A stretch of DNA of 61,190 nucleotides from Sarea resinae (lineage: Eukaryota): positions 1 through 61,190 of the forward strand of contig JAPEUD010000106.1 in NCBI GenBank assembly GCA_026026165.1, given 5' to 3'. The position numbers and the translations under genes were made by a program. Within the stretch, counting starts at the first letter, position 1; each line of letters opens with the position of its first letter. This document shows positions 23,205 to 34,278 of this stretch, one piece after another. Below the pieces are notes generated by a model, which saw only the letters and a program-made list of their open reading frames with translations, had not been told where the DNA came from and did not search any database.

Positions 23205-26200
23205 ATGGACGTGATTGCAGATCAAAGCCGTCAGGAAGCATCAGGAGCGATTCCGGAGCAAACTGCGAATTTCATCCCGGTCTCGTCGCCGTCGAGCCGG
23301 AAAAGGCGCCGTATCGATGCGAGCACGAGCGGATCGCTTTCCAAAGAGTCGACGCAAGAGTCGAGGGAATCTGGTACGGCCGAGCAATGGTTTGACAATT
23401 CGAACCATCACGTTGGTGAGAGCCTAAAATCTTCTTTCGTCAACGGTATGGGATCATCATGCTGGTTCTCATTCTCTCACTCTGGGGCACTTAATGATTG
23501 TTATAGTGACAGATGACCCTCCGTATTACATGACTAATGCGCGTCCCTCCCCGACCGAGATGGACGTTTGCGCACCGGCCCCTGACAAGTTCTTGCGCCC
23601 TCAGTCCTCTATCCCGCTATCCTCCAAACGATCGCCATTGGCTTCCTCTGCCAGCATTTCAGACGACTTTCGAAGCGTAATCGACGATTTGACTGTCCAA
23701 AATAAGAAGCTCAAGCGGAGGCTAAGAAAATATGAGGATCTTCATTGCGCGCAGCTCGAGAATGAGAAATTATTCGAAGTCAGAATTCATGGCTTACCGC
23801 CGGGAAAGAGGAGGGAACTGGAAGAGACACTGAAGAGGTTCGCCGCCAGTCTCGGGAACGATACGCCCCGGACCTCGTCTACATCCAAGGCTGGAGATAC
23901 GACCCTCTCTGCAGCAAACAACGTCGCCATTCGGAAAGCGTCGACTTCTTCGACTTCGGACTCTAGGGTGGTTGACTCGGCGTATGCTTCCATGTCCACG
24001 TCAGGGCAAACCCCGGCCGGTTTATCTTCCCAAATCAGTCGAGACAAGCCGCACTCTATACTACGCACGGCGCCAAGAGAGCCGACAAGACAGAATTCCC
24101 TATACGATATTCCAAGAGGTCTTTTGCCCCAACATCCAACGGTGATGACGGAAAAGGCAAGGAAGAAGCTTGTTGTGAGACGCTTAGAAGAACTGTTTAC
24201 CGGAAAGCTCGCAGCCAAGAGCGGACACAAGCAACCTTTACAGCAGCAGGAAATTTCTACTGCGGCCGCCAAAGCAGATCGAAATGCTCTAGAGGCCCTA
24301 GGTCGAAGGACGAGTCTCGAGGGAATAAGAGAAGCTCGAATCCTGACTCGAAGTGCCGAAGCCGCAGCCGATCAATCGAGTTCTAGGGCATCCGAAAGCC
24401 TCTCGCATGTCGACAGCAGCTACAGCGATTCGAGCTCTCATGAAAGGTCGGCAGATGCAACTCCTAGTGGTGGAGGGTCTCCCCAGCAAAGGCCGACCCG
24501 GCCCCTCGATTTGGATCCATACCGAGCGCAAGTGCCAGCTGAGAACATTGAATATATTCGACACCTCGGTTTCTCCTCGCCACCAATCCACTCTGCTTTA
24601 TCATCCGATGCTGGAGGCTGGGTTTATCTCAATGTTCTTACTAACATGGCTCAGCTTCATACCATCAACGTCACCACAGACTTTGTGAAGCGGGCTGTAA
24701 CGGAATACAGCGATCAGTTCGAGCTTTCACCCGATGCACAAAAGCTTCGATGGAAAGGTGGGCAGCAGGGGACCCACTTTAGCAGTGACAGTGGTAGCCC
24801 AGCCGATGCTGAGAGCTCGAGCTCTTCAGATGAGCGGGGCATTTCTTCCGCAGCTGCGGGGAAACTGCTCTCACGGCAAGAAACTACCGGTAGTAATGAC
24901 ACCTTTGAGACACAGGCCGATTCTGCTTTGGGTCCTTCTCTCATACCCGGGAATACTAGCGACTTGCAAAAAGAGAAGACTACTCAAGGGGCATCTGCAC
25001 CAGGAGGTGCCAATGGATCCGCTAAGGTCTTCGATTATCGGCCGCTTTTATTCCGTGAGAGCTCGTCTTCCAGTCTAGACGATTTGTTGTCTGGTACCGA
25101 TTCCATGGACTCATCTGCTGGACAGGCGTGGACCGACAAAGGGACAAGGAAATCTCGGGACGGCGCCATCATCTTCTATAATCAAGCCAAATTTTGCACT
25201 GACCTCAGCGGTGACCGAGATCTAGCCGGTCCATCTCACGGTCAATCGATTGCTTACAATCTCTACACCGGGCGTCCCCTTGGGCAAGTCTCTTCCCGAT
25301 CGAAGCATGGATCGCGTGCTTCTTCGAGTAGCGGACAAGAAATATCATCCTCTCGCAGCCGACAGAGTCCTGATGCGATGGACATGGATCATGTTTCTCA
25401 GGCAGACGACTATTTTCCTTTTTCGCCGCATGCTTGCTCCACATCTTCGAACCCACCCGAGCCGAGCACCCCTTTCAAACTCGAGGCTTCGGGCGTTGGC
25501 GATATTCGGCCCGCTGACAACTTCACCCTCGACGTGCACGTCCGTCATGATCCATCAACTGTCTCTCCTTTCTCCGCGCCAAAATCGTCGCGGGTTCGCA
25601 AGTTCTTACACCGGATTCCTCGGGTCTCCATCGACGCCTTTCGCAATGAAGAAAAAGAGACTTCAACCAGCTTCGACGCGCCGGTGACGTCGAAGGTACT
25701 CTCGATCAATCGCACGGACCACCATCCTGCTTCACTCCCCTCACCGTCTTATCTCTGTCCCTCCATTTTCTCCGATGGCGACAGCACGTCCTCGATCGAT
25801 GAATCGGACGAGTCGCTTGAAAGCTCGGGTGGCGACGAAGATCGTGCTCGGCCATCAATCTCAATCTCAAATCACAACCAGCACGCCTACTCATCTCAGC
25901 AGCATCACCCTCTCCACCCATCCCAGCCATGTCAAATCCTGGATGCATCTTCCTCGTCAGCTCCCATCCTCCATTCCAATACCGATCACACCCATCAATC
26001 CCGAGTGCCCGCCCGCGCACCACCAGCATCATCACCATCGCCCACGATGGCAATGCCCGACCTTGACGCCCCCGTGCGTAAGGGGAGCTCCTCGGCTGCC
26101 ACCATTGGCGACGAAACCAGCGTCATCTTCAGGGATCTGACCTTGAAATCTTCGCAACACTTGGCGCGGAGTCTAGATCCCGCAGCTGCTGCTGCTGCTA

Positions 26201-26274
26201 CTGCTGGTGTTATTGAAGGTGGTGGTGGCGGCGAAGACGGTCCTGCGGCCAACGTGTCGAGGATGGGGAGGTAG
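23205..26274 (+). CDS. frq: FREQUENCY circadian clock protein (~1000 aa), 2 exons
   Basis: FRQ blocks: WFDNSN; coiled coil DDFRSVIDDLTVQNKKLKRRLRKY; LFEVRIHGLP..KRRELEETLKRFA; DSAYASMS; KKLVVRRLEELFTGK; QRPTRPLDLDP.RAQVPAENIEYIRHLG; GWVYLNVLTNMAQLHTINV; LRWKGG..GT.FSSDS; FCTDLSGD; LEASGVGDIRPADNFTL. Exons 23205-23445 and 23513-26274 total 3003 nt. Confidence 0.95.
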
Positions 26275-27833
26275 TGCCCTTTGGTAATCGATCATCTTGC
26301 CATGTCGCCGACACTCGGGATGGCTTGCTTCTTCCTTGCCCTCGCCACTGCCGTCACCCACTCCACCAACGCTATTCTCTACTCTCCTCGATAGTGTCTG
26401 ATCTGACGCGCCTTTCTTCCTTCTACTCTTTCCCGGATATTCTTCTCTTTGCCCTTCTGTTTTTCGGTCCGGTCTTGCATTTGGCCTGTTGACTTGGTTT
26501 GGTTTGGTTTGGCTTGCTTTGGTCTGTTCCGGTCTGTTTCGGTTTGATTTGGTTTCGGTTCCTGGGTTCGGGCTTAGCACGGCCTGGGACGGCTTCGCAA
26601 GTGGGTATGGCGAGCTGTACGGCATAGGGCCGGGGGGTGGGGGGGAAGGGGGGGCGCGAAATAAGAGTAAGAGAGAGAGAGAGAAGTAGGTACTAGGTTG
26701 CTAGAGTAGGTCTACTAATTTAGTACGTTTAAGGCTCTTTAGGAGGGATAGCAGATTAATACAATGATAATTTCAGACAGACATGATTATTAGATCATTT
26801 GTAATGGATTTGTGAGAACTGCAAACAGGCAAATCAGTACCCAGCTGAGTCAAAAATACTACTATAACTAGCCCCTAGGCTAGTTATACCTGTTTTCCTA
26901 CTATATAGCAGCAATTGTCAAACAACGTAGCGAACTGCACTGTCGGCACGTTCCGCGGCACTTACTACCAGTACGTAGCTACGTACTCTGGTGGCCCCCT
27001 CTGGTATGTTGCGCAAATACCTCTGTACCTGCGGCCCTGACAGCATTGGATTTTAATATGTTATTTTAATATGAACTTTTTTTTCACACCCCTTGCCCTC
27101 CTCTCCCCATCTCTGGTTCTACACTAAGGGAGAGAGAGAGAGAGAAGCAGAGGTGTGGTTTTGTTTGTTTTTATCAATGGAGTAGAGTTGAGTGGAGTTC
27201 AGCTATATGATCCGCTTAGGCGCCTGCATTCTCCATCCGGTTATCCAGCTAGCCAGCCATCCAGCCCATGCATGCTAGGGCACTAATTAGAATAAGAGGA
27301 AGAGCAAGAGAAAGAGGACAGGGATATGTAGATGAAAAACAGAGGGAGATCCATAGTATGTAAACGCAAATAAGCCGAGCCAGATAGAAGAGAAAACAAA
27401 ACAAGGAGTAGGGCACAGGAAGGCCAAAGAGAAAAGGAGAAAAGGGTCTTTGTATATATATCGACTCTGACGCCGTCTGAGCTGGTCAGATCCGAGCTCG
27501 GATTGACGAATTAAATCATTGCGCTCGCTCGCAGCAGAAAGAAAAAAAAACGAACAAGGGTCGGAAAAAGTAAAGGAGCCTTGCTTGTCATCGGCCCGTT
27601 TCCGTGTACTCGACTGAAGTTGACACTCAAAAACAGCATCGTAAATGAACACCTGTACGCCGCTGCTGAAGGAAAATTAAGCCGGAAGAGACTTCGGTCA
27701 AGAGGCAAGAGAAAAGGAAAGGTTTGTTATTTTCTCAAAAGAATTTGAACAGTTGTAAAAGCAATGAATTTGTCCCCCATATCAGTACTCCAGAAGATAA
27801 GACACAATGAGACGAGCACACAGCAAGAGTTCG

Positions 27834-29182
27834 TCAAGTGCCGTTCTCCTCCCAAGTGTTTCCCTCGATGAAGGCGTTCCACTCGCTGTCGAGGCTAGGT
27901 GTGAGACGACCATCGCCACCCATCTGCATGCTGTTCGAGCGCGTCAGATGTGCTGCCTTGAGCGCATCCCCACTGCCGAAAAGACCGTCAGTACCATCAC
28001 CACCAAACGATGGCGTGGGTACCGAGTCGGTGGAGTGAGACGAGCGGTCTGTCTGATTGTAAGGGTCCGGCAAGTCAAGGACGCTTGGAGCCAGGGTGCC
28101 GGCTGCGGGCCCGTAGGCAGACTGGTCATACTGGTTCGCAGACTGCTTCGAAGGCGGGTAATAGAAGCTGCTCTGGAACGGCTGCGTCATCTGCTCGCTG
28201 CCGGCCATGAGCGCCGACGTGAAAGGGTCGCTGGGGTCGAGCGCCGAGCCGAGCATGAGCTGCGACTCGGACGGCAACGACATGGACAACGGACTAATGT
28301 CGTTGTACTCGTTAGGTCGGTATGGAAGATCCGTCTGCTGCTGCGCCTGCTGCAGCGCCTGCTGCACCGACTGCTTGGGCTGGCCCATTTCTTGCTTGAT
28401 CATCGGGTACATCTGAGGCGTCGACCTAGGCTGTGGCGTCCTCGCTCCGACTGGCGACGTAGATGCTGGCATGGACATACGTCTGATGTCTGATGCGTGA
28501 GCGCCAGGCACAGGGCTAGCAGTGGCGGAGTGAGGAGTCTTGAATTGCGCAGCGTCGTGTGGCACTGAAATCGATGCCGATCGGCCATGCACCTGCGGTC
28601 TGTAGCCAGGTGCGCCGGACATCGGATAAGGCGACTGCTGGTACGGCTGCATGCCATTAGGCTGCATATTGGGGGGCATCGGCTGGCCCATAGCTGGAGA
28701 TGACGGCGTATTGCCATTGTTGTGTGCAAACTGCGGAGCGTTGGGAAATTGCTGCGCGTAAGAACTGTTGATGGCCTGATCCAAAGCACTTCTCATGGCA
28801 ACATGGTTGGTGAGGTATGCTGCCAATCTGCGATTGAAATCGGCGGAGCCGGTTTGGAGGTGCGCCGTGAGTCGTCGGTATTGGAAAGGCAAGTCGTCGT
28901 CTTCTTCCTCATACATCTCTTCATTGACGACATCTTGCTCGGTCACACGAAGAGATCGCCCAGTGCGTCTCTTGTGGATCTCAGAAGCACGTCGAGCGGA
29001 CTCGACACGAGCTTCAAGACTGCGGTCGCTTCTTCGCGAGGCAGCAATGTATGCTCTGGATCGAAACATCAGCAATGTCTCAGATGGAATGATGCATGGA
29101 CAACTGACCGCTCTTGATTCTCTTCGTGCGTTCTCTCGGTCTTTACCGCCTTGACGGCTGGTATAGTGCGCTGCGGAGGCAT
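27834..29182 (-). CDS. Uncharacterised fungal protein with basic N-terminal domain and Q/P/S-rich tail; putative transcriptional regulator, 2 exons
   Basis: Exon 29182-29109 (MPPQRTIPAVKAVKTERTHEENQER), intron 29108-29056, then exon 2 (AYIAASRRSDRSLEARVESARRASEIHKRRTGRSLRVTEQDVVNEEMYEEEDD...). The frame is open to TGA at 27834. The regulatory role is inferred from composition only. Confidence 0.85.
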
Positions 29183-29918
29183 GGTTTCGGCCCGATCGTA
29201 CCGTCGTCGATGGTTGGGAATTGTGTTGAATAGTAAGCGACTGTAAACAAGTCGATGGTGAAGCGATTGCGTCCGGCTGGTTGATGGGGGTGGCGAGTAT
29301 ATTTTAGAATATGACGATGGAGAGGTGTGATGTTGAAGATGTTTTTCTCGGGATTGGGGACGGGGTATGGCGTGCCTGATAATGGCAGCACTCGGATTAT
29401 GGGTAGTGTTGCGTAAGTTCAGCGTGTTGCCTGTGTTGCCTGTGTCGCGTCGACTTCCCTGCCGATGCGGAGGGGGGGCGATGGCCAGGTTGCTAGGCCG
29501 TGAGATCGATCTAAAAGGCGACGGACAGATCTGAGCGTGGCGCGCTATGGGCAATGGAGTTGGTACCCCTCTTCTCCGTCTTCTTCGTCGCGAGGTACCT
29601 CGGGCGCGGTGGCAGCAGTAGGCAAGACGAGGTACCGGTTGCTAGGTAAGCGAATGCGTCGCTTAGGTTCACGGGCAAGGGATCCGGCAAGATGTTATCC
29701 GAGTCTTGAAACTTGATTGCTGGAGGAATCTTGAATGCGGATTTCGTTTGTCCGTCAGTGTCTCCGCTGTGCACGAGAGTGAAGGCGAGGGAAGCTGCGA
29801 GACCGTTGATGAGAATGATATATCTGGTGTGGCGGTCAGTTGAATCGAAATCCGACAGCAGGCCCCCTGGAGGATATAAATGGGTCTGCGTGATATGGTG
29901 AAGGAATGGGCACACGGT

Positions 29919-29949
<31 letters not shown>

Positions 29950-32217
29950 GAACGGGCAATCCGAGTTTTGGTTCGGACCGGTAGAGGTGACGGCTGAATG
30001 AGCTCACATTCACAAGGAAAGGGAATGGGAGATGAGGTCGGGGTACCAATTCGATGGCCAGGTTGGATTCAACCACCGTGCCATGTATGTGATTTAGAGT
30101 TCCAAACGTTTTCCCATCTTTTCGTCTTTCGTCTGTCGCCTTTGCGTCTGTCTTCTCGACCCTACATGCTTGGTGATGGGCCAAGGGCAGGACGGGGACG
30201 GGGACCGGGATCGGGATCAAGACCAGGACATGCATTCGAAGAAGAACATGGCCGCGAGCGACTGCGTCGACTGCGTCAACTGCGGTCGATAGGCAGGGAC
30301 CGAGGGCAAGATGGCGATCGTGGTGTTCTGCATGTTCTGGGCCCAGTCTCTCGATAAGCCCCCTGACGCAGAGGGTGCGGATGACAAAGGCGAGCTGGAA
30401 CAACGGCTGACCACGCAACCTGAAGAGAATGGGACTAGAAGCGAAGGGACCGCGACCGTCGACGGCATGACGCGCAGCCGAACAGCTTCCACTTCAATCT
30501 CGGCGGTCACGTCGGTTACCTAACGTAGGTAGGTTGATGTAGTGAGGTCCATTTCTCAAACTCTCTTTTGACTCTCCGCAGCTGTTAGCCCCAGCTGCGT
30601 AGGTAGGTTGACCACGTTGAGTGCTAGTGGAGAGGCCCCGAATCTGGCGGGAATCGACGCGTCTAGGTACTACCTTGGGGACGAAGTACCTTACGGATAG
30701 GTATGGGAAGTACTGCACCGTATGCGCGCGGTCCATGGATGTAGAGGGATGGTCGAGGGCGCCACCAATTCCGCAGTCCGTAGACCTGCGGGGAACGGCG
30801 GCGTGACTTGTCGAGACATGGGGCGGGGAAGCCCTTGGGGTAAACTTCGTACCTTGGCCCTTTAGCGTCACAGGTGGTCTGTAGCGGCCTCTCACTGGGA
30901 GATCATCTCCAACCGATCGGAAGCCGAATAACCTTCCTCGCTAATCTCAACCGCCTTTTCGATCTGCAGCTGCTCCAGACCTACGCATCGGATAGAGTGC
31001 AGAGGACGAGTACTCTACTTCCCAGAGTAGTCGCTACGATCCAATCCAATCCATCTGCTTCCCTGCTTCGTTTCCCCCGCCCAGATGGATCTCATCTCCT
31101 GCCCACCTGCTCCATCTAACGTCTTGTCTCGGACCCGTCGATCCCCAGATCGGTCGGGCCCAAACGTTGCGTAACCGAAACCCAGGACGGCAAAGACAAT
31201 GAAGCCCAAGCGTTCTTATCGAGAAGAGTCACCCGAATTCGAGCAGACTTGTATGCGGAAGAGAGAAAAGCCTTTGGCTCTACCTTGGTTGTTTCGTCTC
31301 CAACTAGCCAAGAGCGAGGCTGATCGGTAGATCCGCGTCGTCAGTTCCCTGCCCTACCATTTCGGAGAAGAACAAGAAGAAAAAGCAACCAAACCAAGGC
31401 CCACCCCATGCTATATCCCGATCGATGGAGATTAGAACCGTGCTTCGTACCTACTCTAGCGGAGACAACCGCCAGCCGTCCCTCTCGCCAATGTCCACAT
31501 CGATGGAGCCCCCCAAACCCAATCGACGGAAAGCCGCATACATAGATAGCACTACGGAGTAGGCCCATCGCCTGGAATTAATTGCAGGGTTCGCGGAACA
31601 TGGATGCGAGCCAACCAGCAGCGCCGCGGACGATTCGGAGAATAAAATGCAGGATAGATGCAGTATGTAGTATGTAGTACTCGCATCAAAACCATGCATC
31701 TCCTACATAGTAAATAGGGTAGACCTTGCCCAATAAACCTTACCACGTACCTCACGACATGCACCTATCCACTGATCTATGAAATTCATCTATCGAATCC
31801 ATCTGCTCGGTGCATAGTCCCCCAGAGGACTGTCCAGAGGACTGTCCAGAGGACTCGGCGCACTGAATCCGCATCGGTTGCCATGCCCTGCCATGCACGC
31901 TATTGCCATGGCCATCCACGCCTCCGGGAGTGCGGCGCCGTCTTGCTATTTAGCTGCAAACTTGGGAAGGACGGCTGAGATAGCGTTGTCCCTGCGCTTA
32001 CTCTCGTCGGCAAGACAGATCGACTCGGAGTCGACAGCATCCGAGAACAATGCTCGGAATCGGTACTCTCCCTAGGTAGTCACCCCACCCCTCAATTCTT
32101 GCACGAATGAAGCTCCGAGGGGAAAAGGTCGAAGAGACGATCTCCTCCTAGAGGAGGGCCTCGGCAGCTACGGGACCAGATCAGATCAGATTGATCATCC
32201 CGCGATCTCAGATGGTT

Positions 32218-32250
<33 letters not shown>

Positions 32251-32768
32251 ATTGTCTGATTGTCTGCACTGCCTTCCTGCTCCTCCTACCGACCCACGGA
32301 CTCTACCGACAGGAGCGAGCTGGTGACATGGCGACATGGTGACATGCACGCAAGCAAAGTCGAAGATATCCCGTACGACAGACTCACGGACCTGCCACGC
32401 GCCTTTGTCTTGTCGTGAAACCCGTCAAAAACTGCCTACTTGACCTCTCCGATCGACGTGACTATCGCCAAATATGACAGACGCAGGCAGATGCAGCCAC
32501 CGAACCCATCAAACCATGCAAGGCCGCCCAGTGAAGCACCTAGCATCTCCGTCTTTTTCCCATTCATCCCATGAGGTATGTCTCTACCAATGATTGCAAC
32601 TGCATTGCATCACTTCAGTCGGTGATTCCCGTCCTCCCTCACCGACCACACCACCGGGTGGCGTACGAAACCGTCCCTTATCCCGTCTCATGGACATCCA
32701 CTGCTGCGCCAACCAACTAACTCTTCCCACCTTTCCTTTTCCTACCGCCCACGCACACGCGTAAAGCC

Positions 32769-32878
32769 CAGTCCGCAGTCCGCAGTCCCCAGTCCGCAGT
32801 CTCCAGTCTCTAGCAGTCTCCAGTCTCTAGCAGTCTCCAGTCTCTAGCAGTCTCCAGTCTCTAGCAGTCTCCAGTCTC
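32769..32878. repeat. Compound minisatellite: (CAGTCCG)n grading into (CAGTCTCCAGTCTCTAG) x4
   Basis: Visible directly as head-to-tail units without unique spacers. Confidence 0.9.
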
Positions 32879-33239
32879 GAGGCAGGCACAGACCCTAGCA
32901 CAACGGAAGGAATGCCAAACTTCCCTCGCCAATCTCATTCAGATCCCCCTAACGAGATGGCGGCGTTGGGGCTTGTGTGCGGGCTTGCTGGCTTCTCCCC
33001 CTTCCCCCCACTCTCTCGCTCGCACTCTCCCCTGGACTGGTCGCTCGGTTGGCTGGTTGGTCGGCTGGCTCGCTGATCTGGCTATCTAGGATCGAACGGG
33101 TTGCACGATGCGAGCTCGTCTCAGCTCGGCGGCTTGTTCATTTAGCCTGTAGGTAAGACAAAGTAAGGTGATCTGAAATGGTAAGTAGGTGGTTGTCGAC
33201 TAGTGCCGTGCGCTTGGGGCTTTCGATGTGCAATGTGTA

Positions 33240-33500
33240 AAACGCTAAATAAGTGGTGATGTGATAAAGGCTAAAGAGATAGAAAGGAAAAGGAAAGAAA
33301 ATAAAACAAACCCTTATACTTCTCCCTCTTTTTTAGTGATATTGATATTTATAGTTTTAATGGCTAGAATCAGAATAAGAAAAAAATAAGTAAGCTAAGT
33401 CTTATATCTAAGTCTTGAAACCTAAAGAGTCCTGTAAATCTTTATAGGAGGTCCTAATTCTATTTTTATTATATATAAGTAGAGTGTAAGTAGGCTTACC
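33240..33500. other. AT-rich, TpA-rich patch, possibly a RIP-mutated relic
   Basis: Abrupt GC drop with many TA/TAA/TAG and few CA/TG dinucleotides by eye. No recognisable transposon ORF or termini. Confidence 0.4.
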
Positions 33501-34278
33501 TGATTCTCAAAACACATACACGATCTAAGCGTTGTGGCTATGTAGCGGTTCATAACGACAAATTTAGGCGATTAGGCGATTACATTCAATGGCGAACATG
33601 ACTCTATCCCGGAGTCTATAGGTTTTGAGTGGGACAGTTTCCACACGTCAATGATTGATATACATTGCAATCTGGCGGCGGAGTCACAGTTACGAGTTGC
33701 ATTTGCATTGAAGCATTATTGCATTTTCACAATTCTTTCGTTACTTCTTCGTGGTCAATACTCGATGACAGATTTCGCAGAAGAGAAGAAATCTTTATAA
33801 AAGCTTGCAAAGCGTTTATCGTCTCCCATTCACCATCTCACTTCTAACAACCCGAAACCGCCACGACCCTTGACGAACATGCCATGCTGGACCTGACTGC
33901 CCAACGCAGGTGATGCTGAAGACAAGCTGCAGAGTCAACTGATTGATGGGCGTGTTTAGCGATAGTGCACCACGAAGATAGTCAGTCCCTGTCATTTCAA
34001 ATGTTGATTTTGGGGCATTAATGGACATTGATGACGTCTGCTTCAAATCCAAGAATAATACTGACCACCAATTCTGCGTTCCACCCGAGCATACTGAGCT
34101 TTGGCAAATCGGAGCTTCGTTCTTCGTGTATCTAGCAAGCATCCACATTTATACTTGTTAGCAATGATAATCAAGTTCAGCTTCACTTCTCCTGTCTAAC
34201 ACTCGAGGCAGCAGCCTTTTCTTCAAGCAATCTTTCTTCATTGTCATTGACACAAGCTTTTCTGCTCGGACGATCACG

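Noticed and set aside
29669..30895. ORFs of 249, 119 and 133 aa upstream of the putative regulator
   Set aside because: Low-complexity frames, partly crossing simple repeats, with no domain signal.
32769..32878. CRISPR-like appearance of short repeats (also 46631-46678 and 54386-54429)
   Set aside because: Head-to-tail repeats without unique spacers, no cas genes, and a eukaryotic context.
33816..34148. 110-aa minus-strand ORF next to the APH gene
   Set aside because: No recognisable family or splice structure. It could be a relic but I cannot support it.
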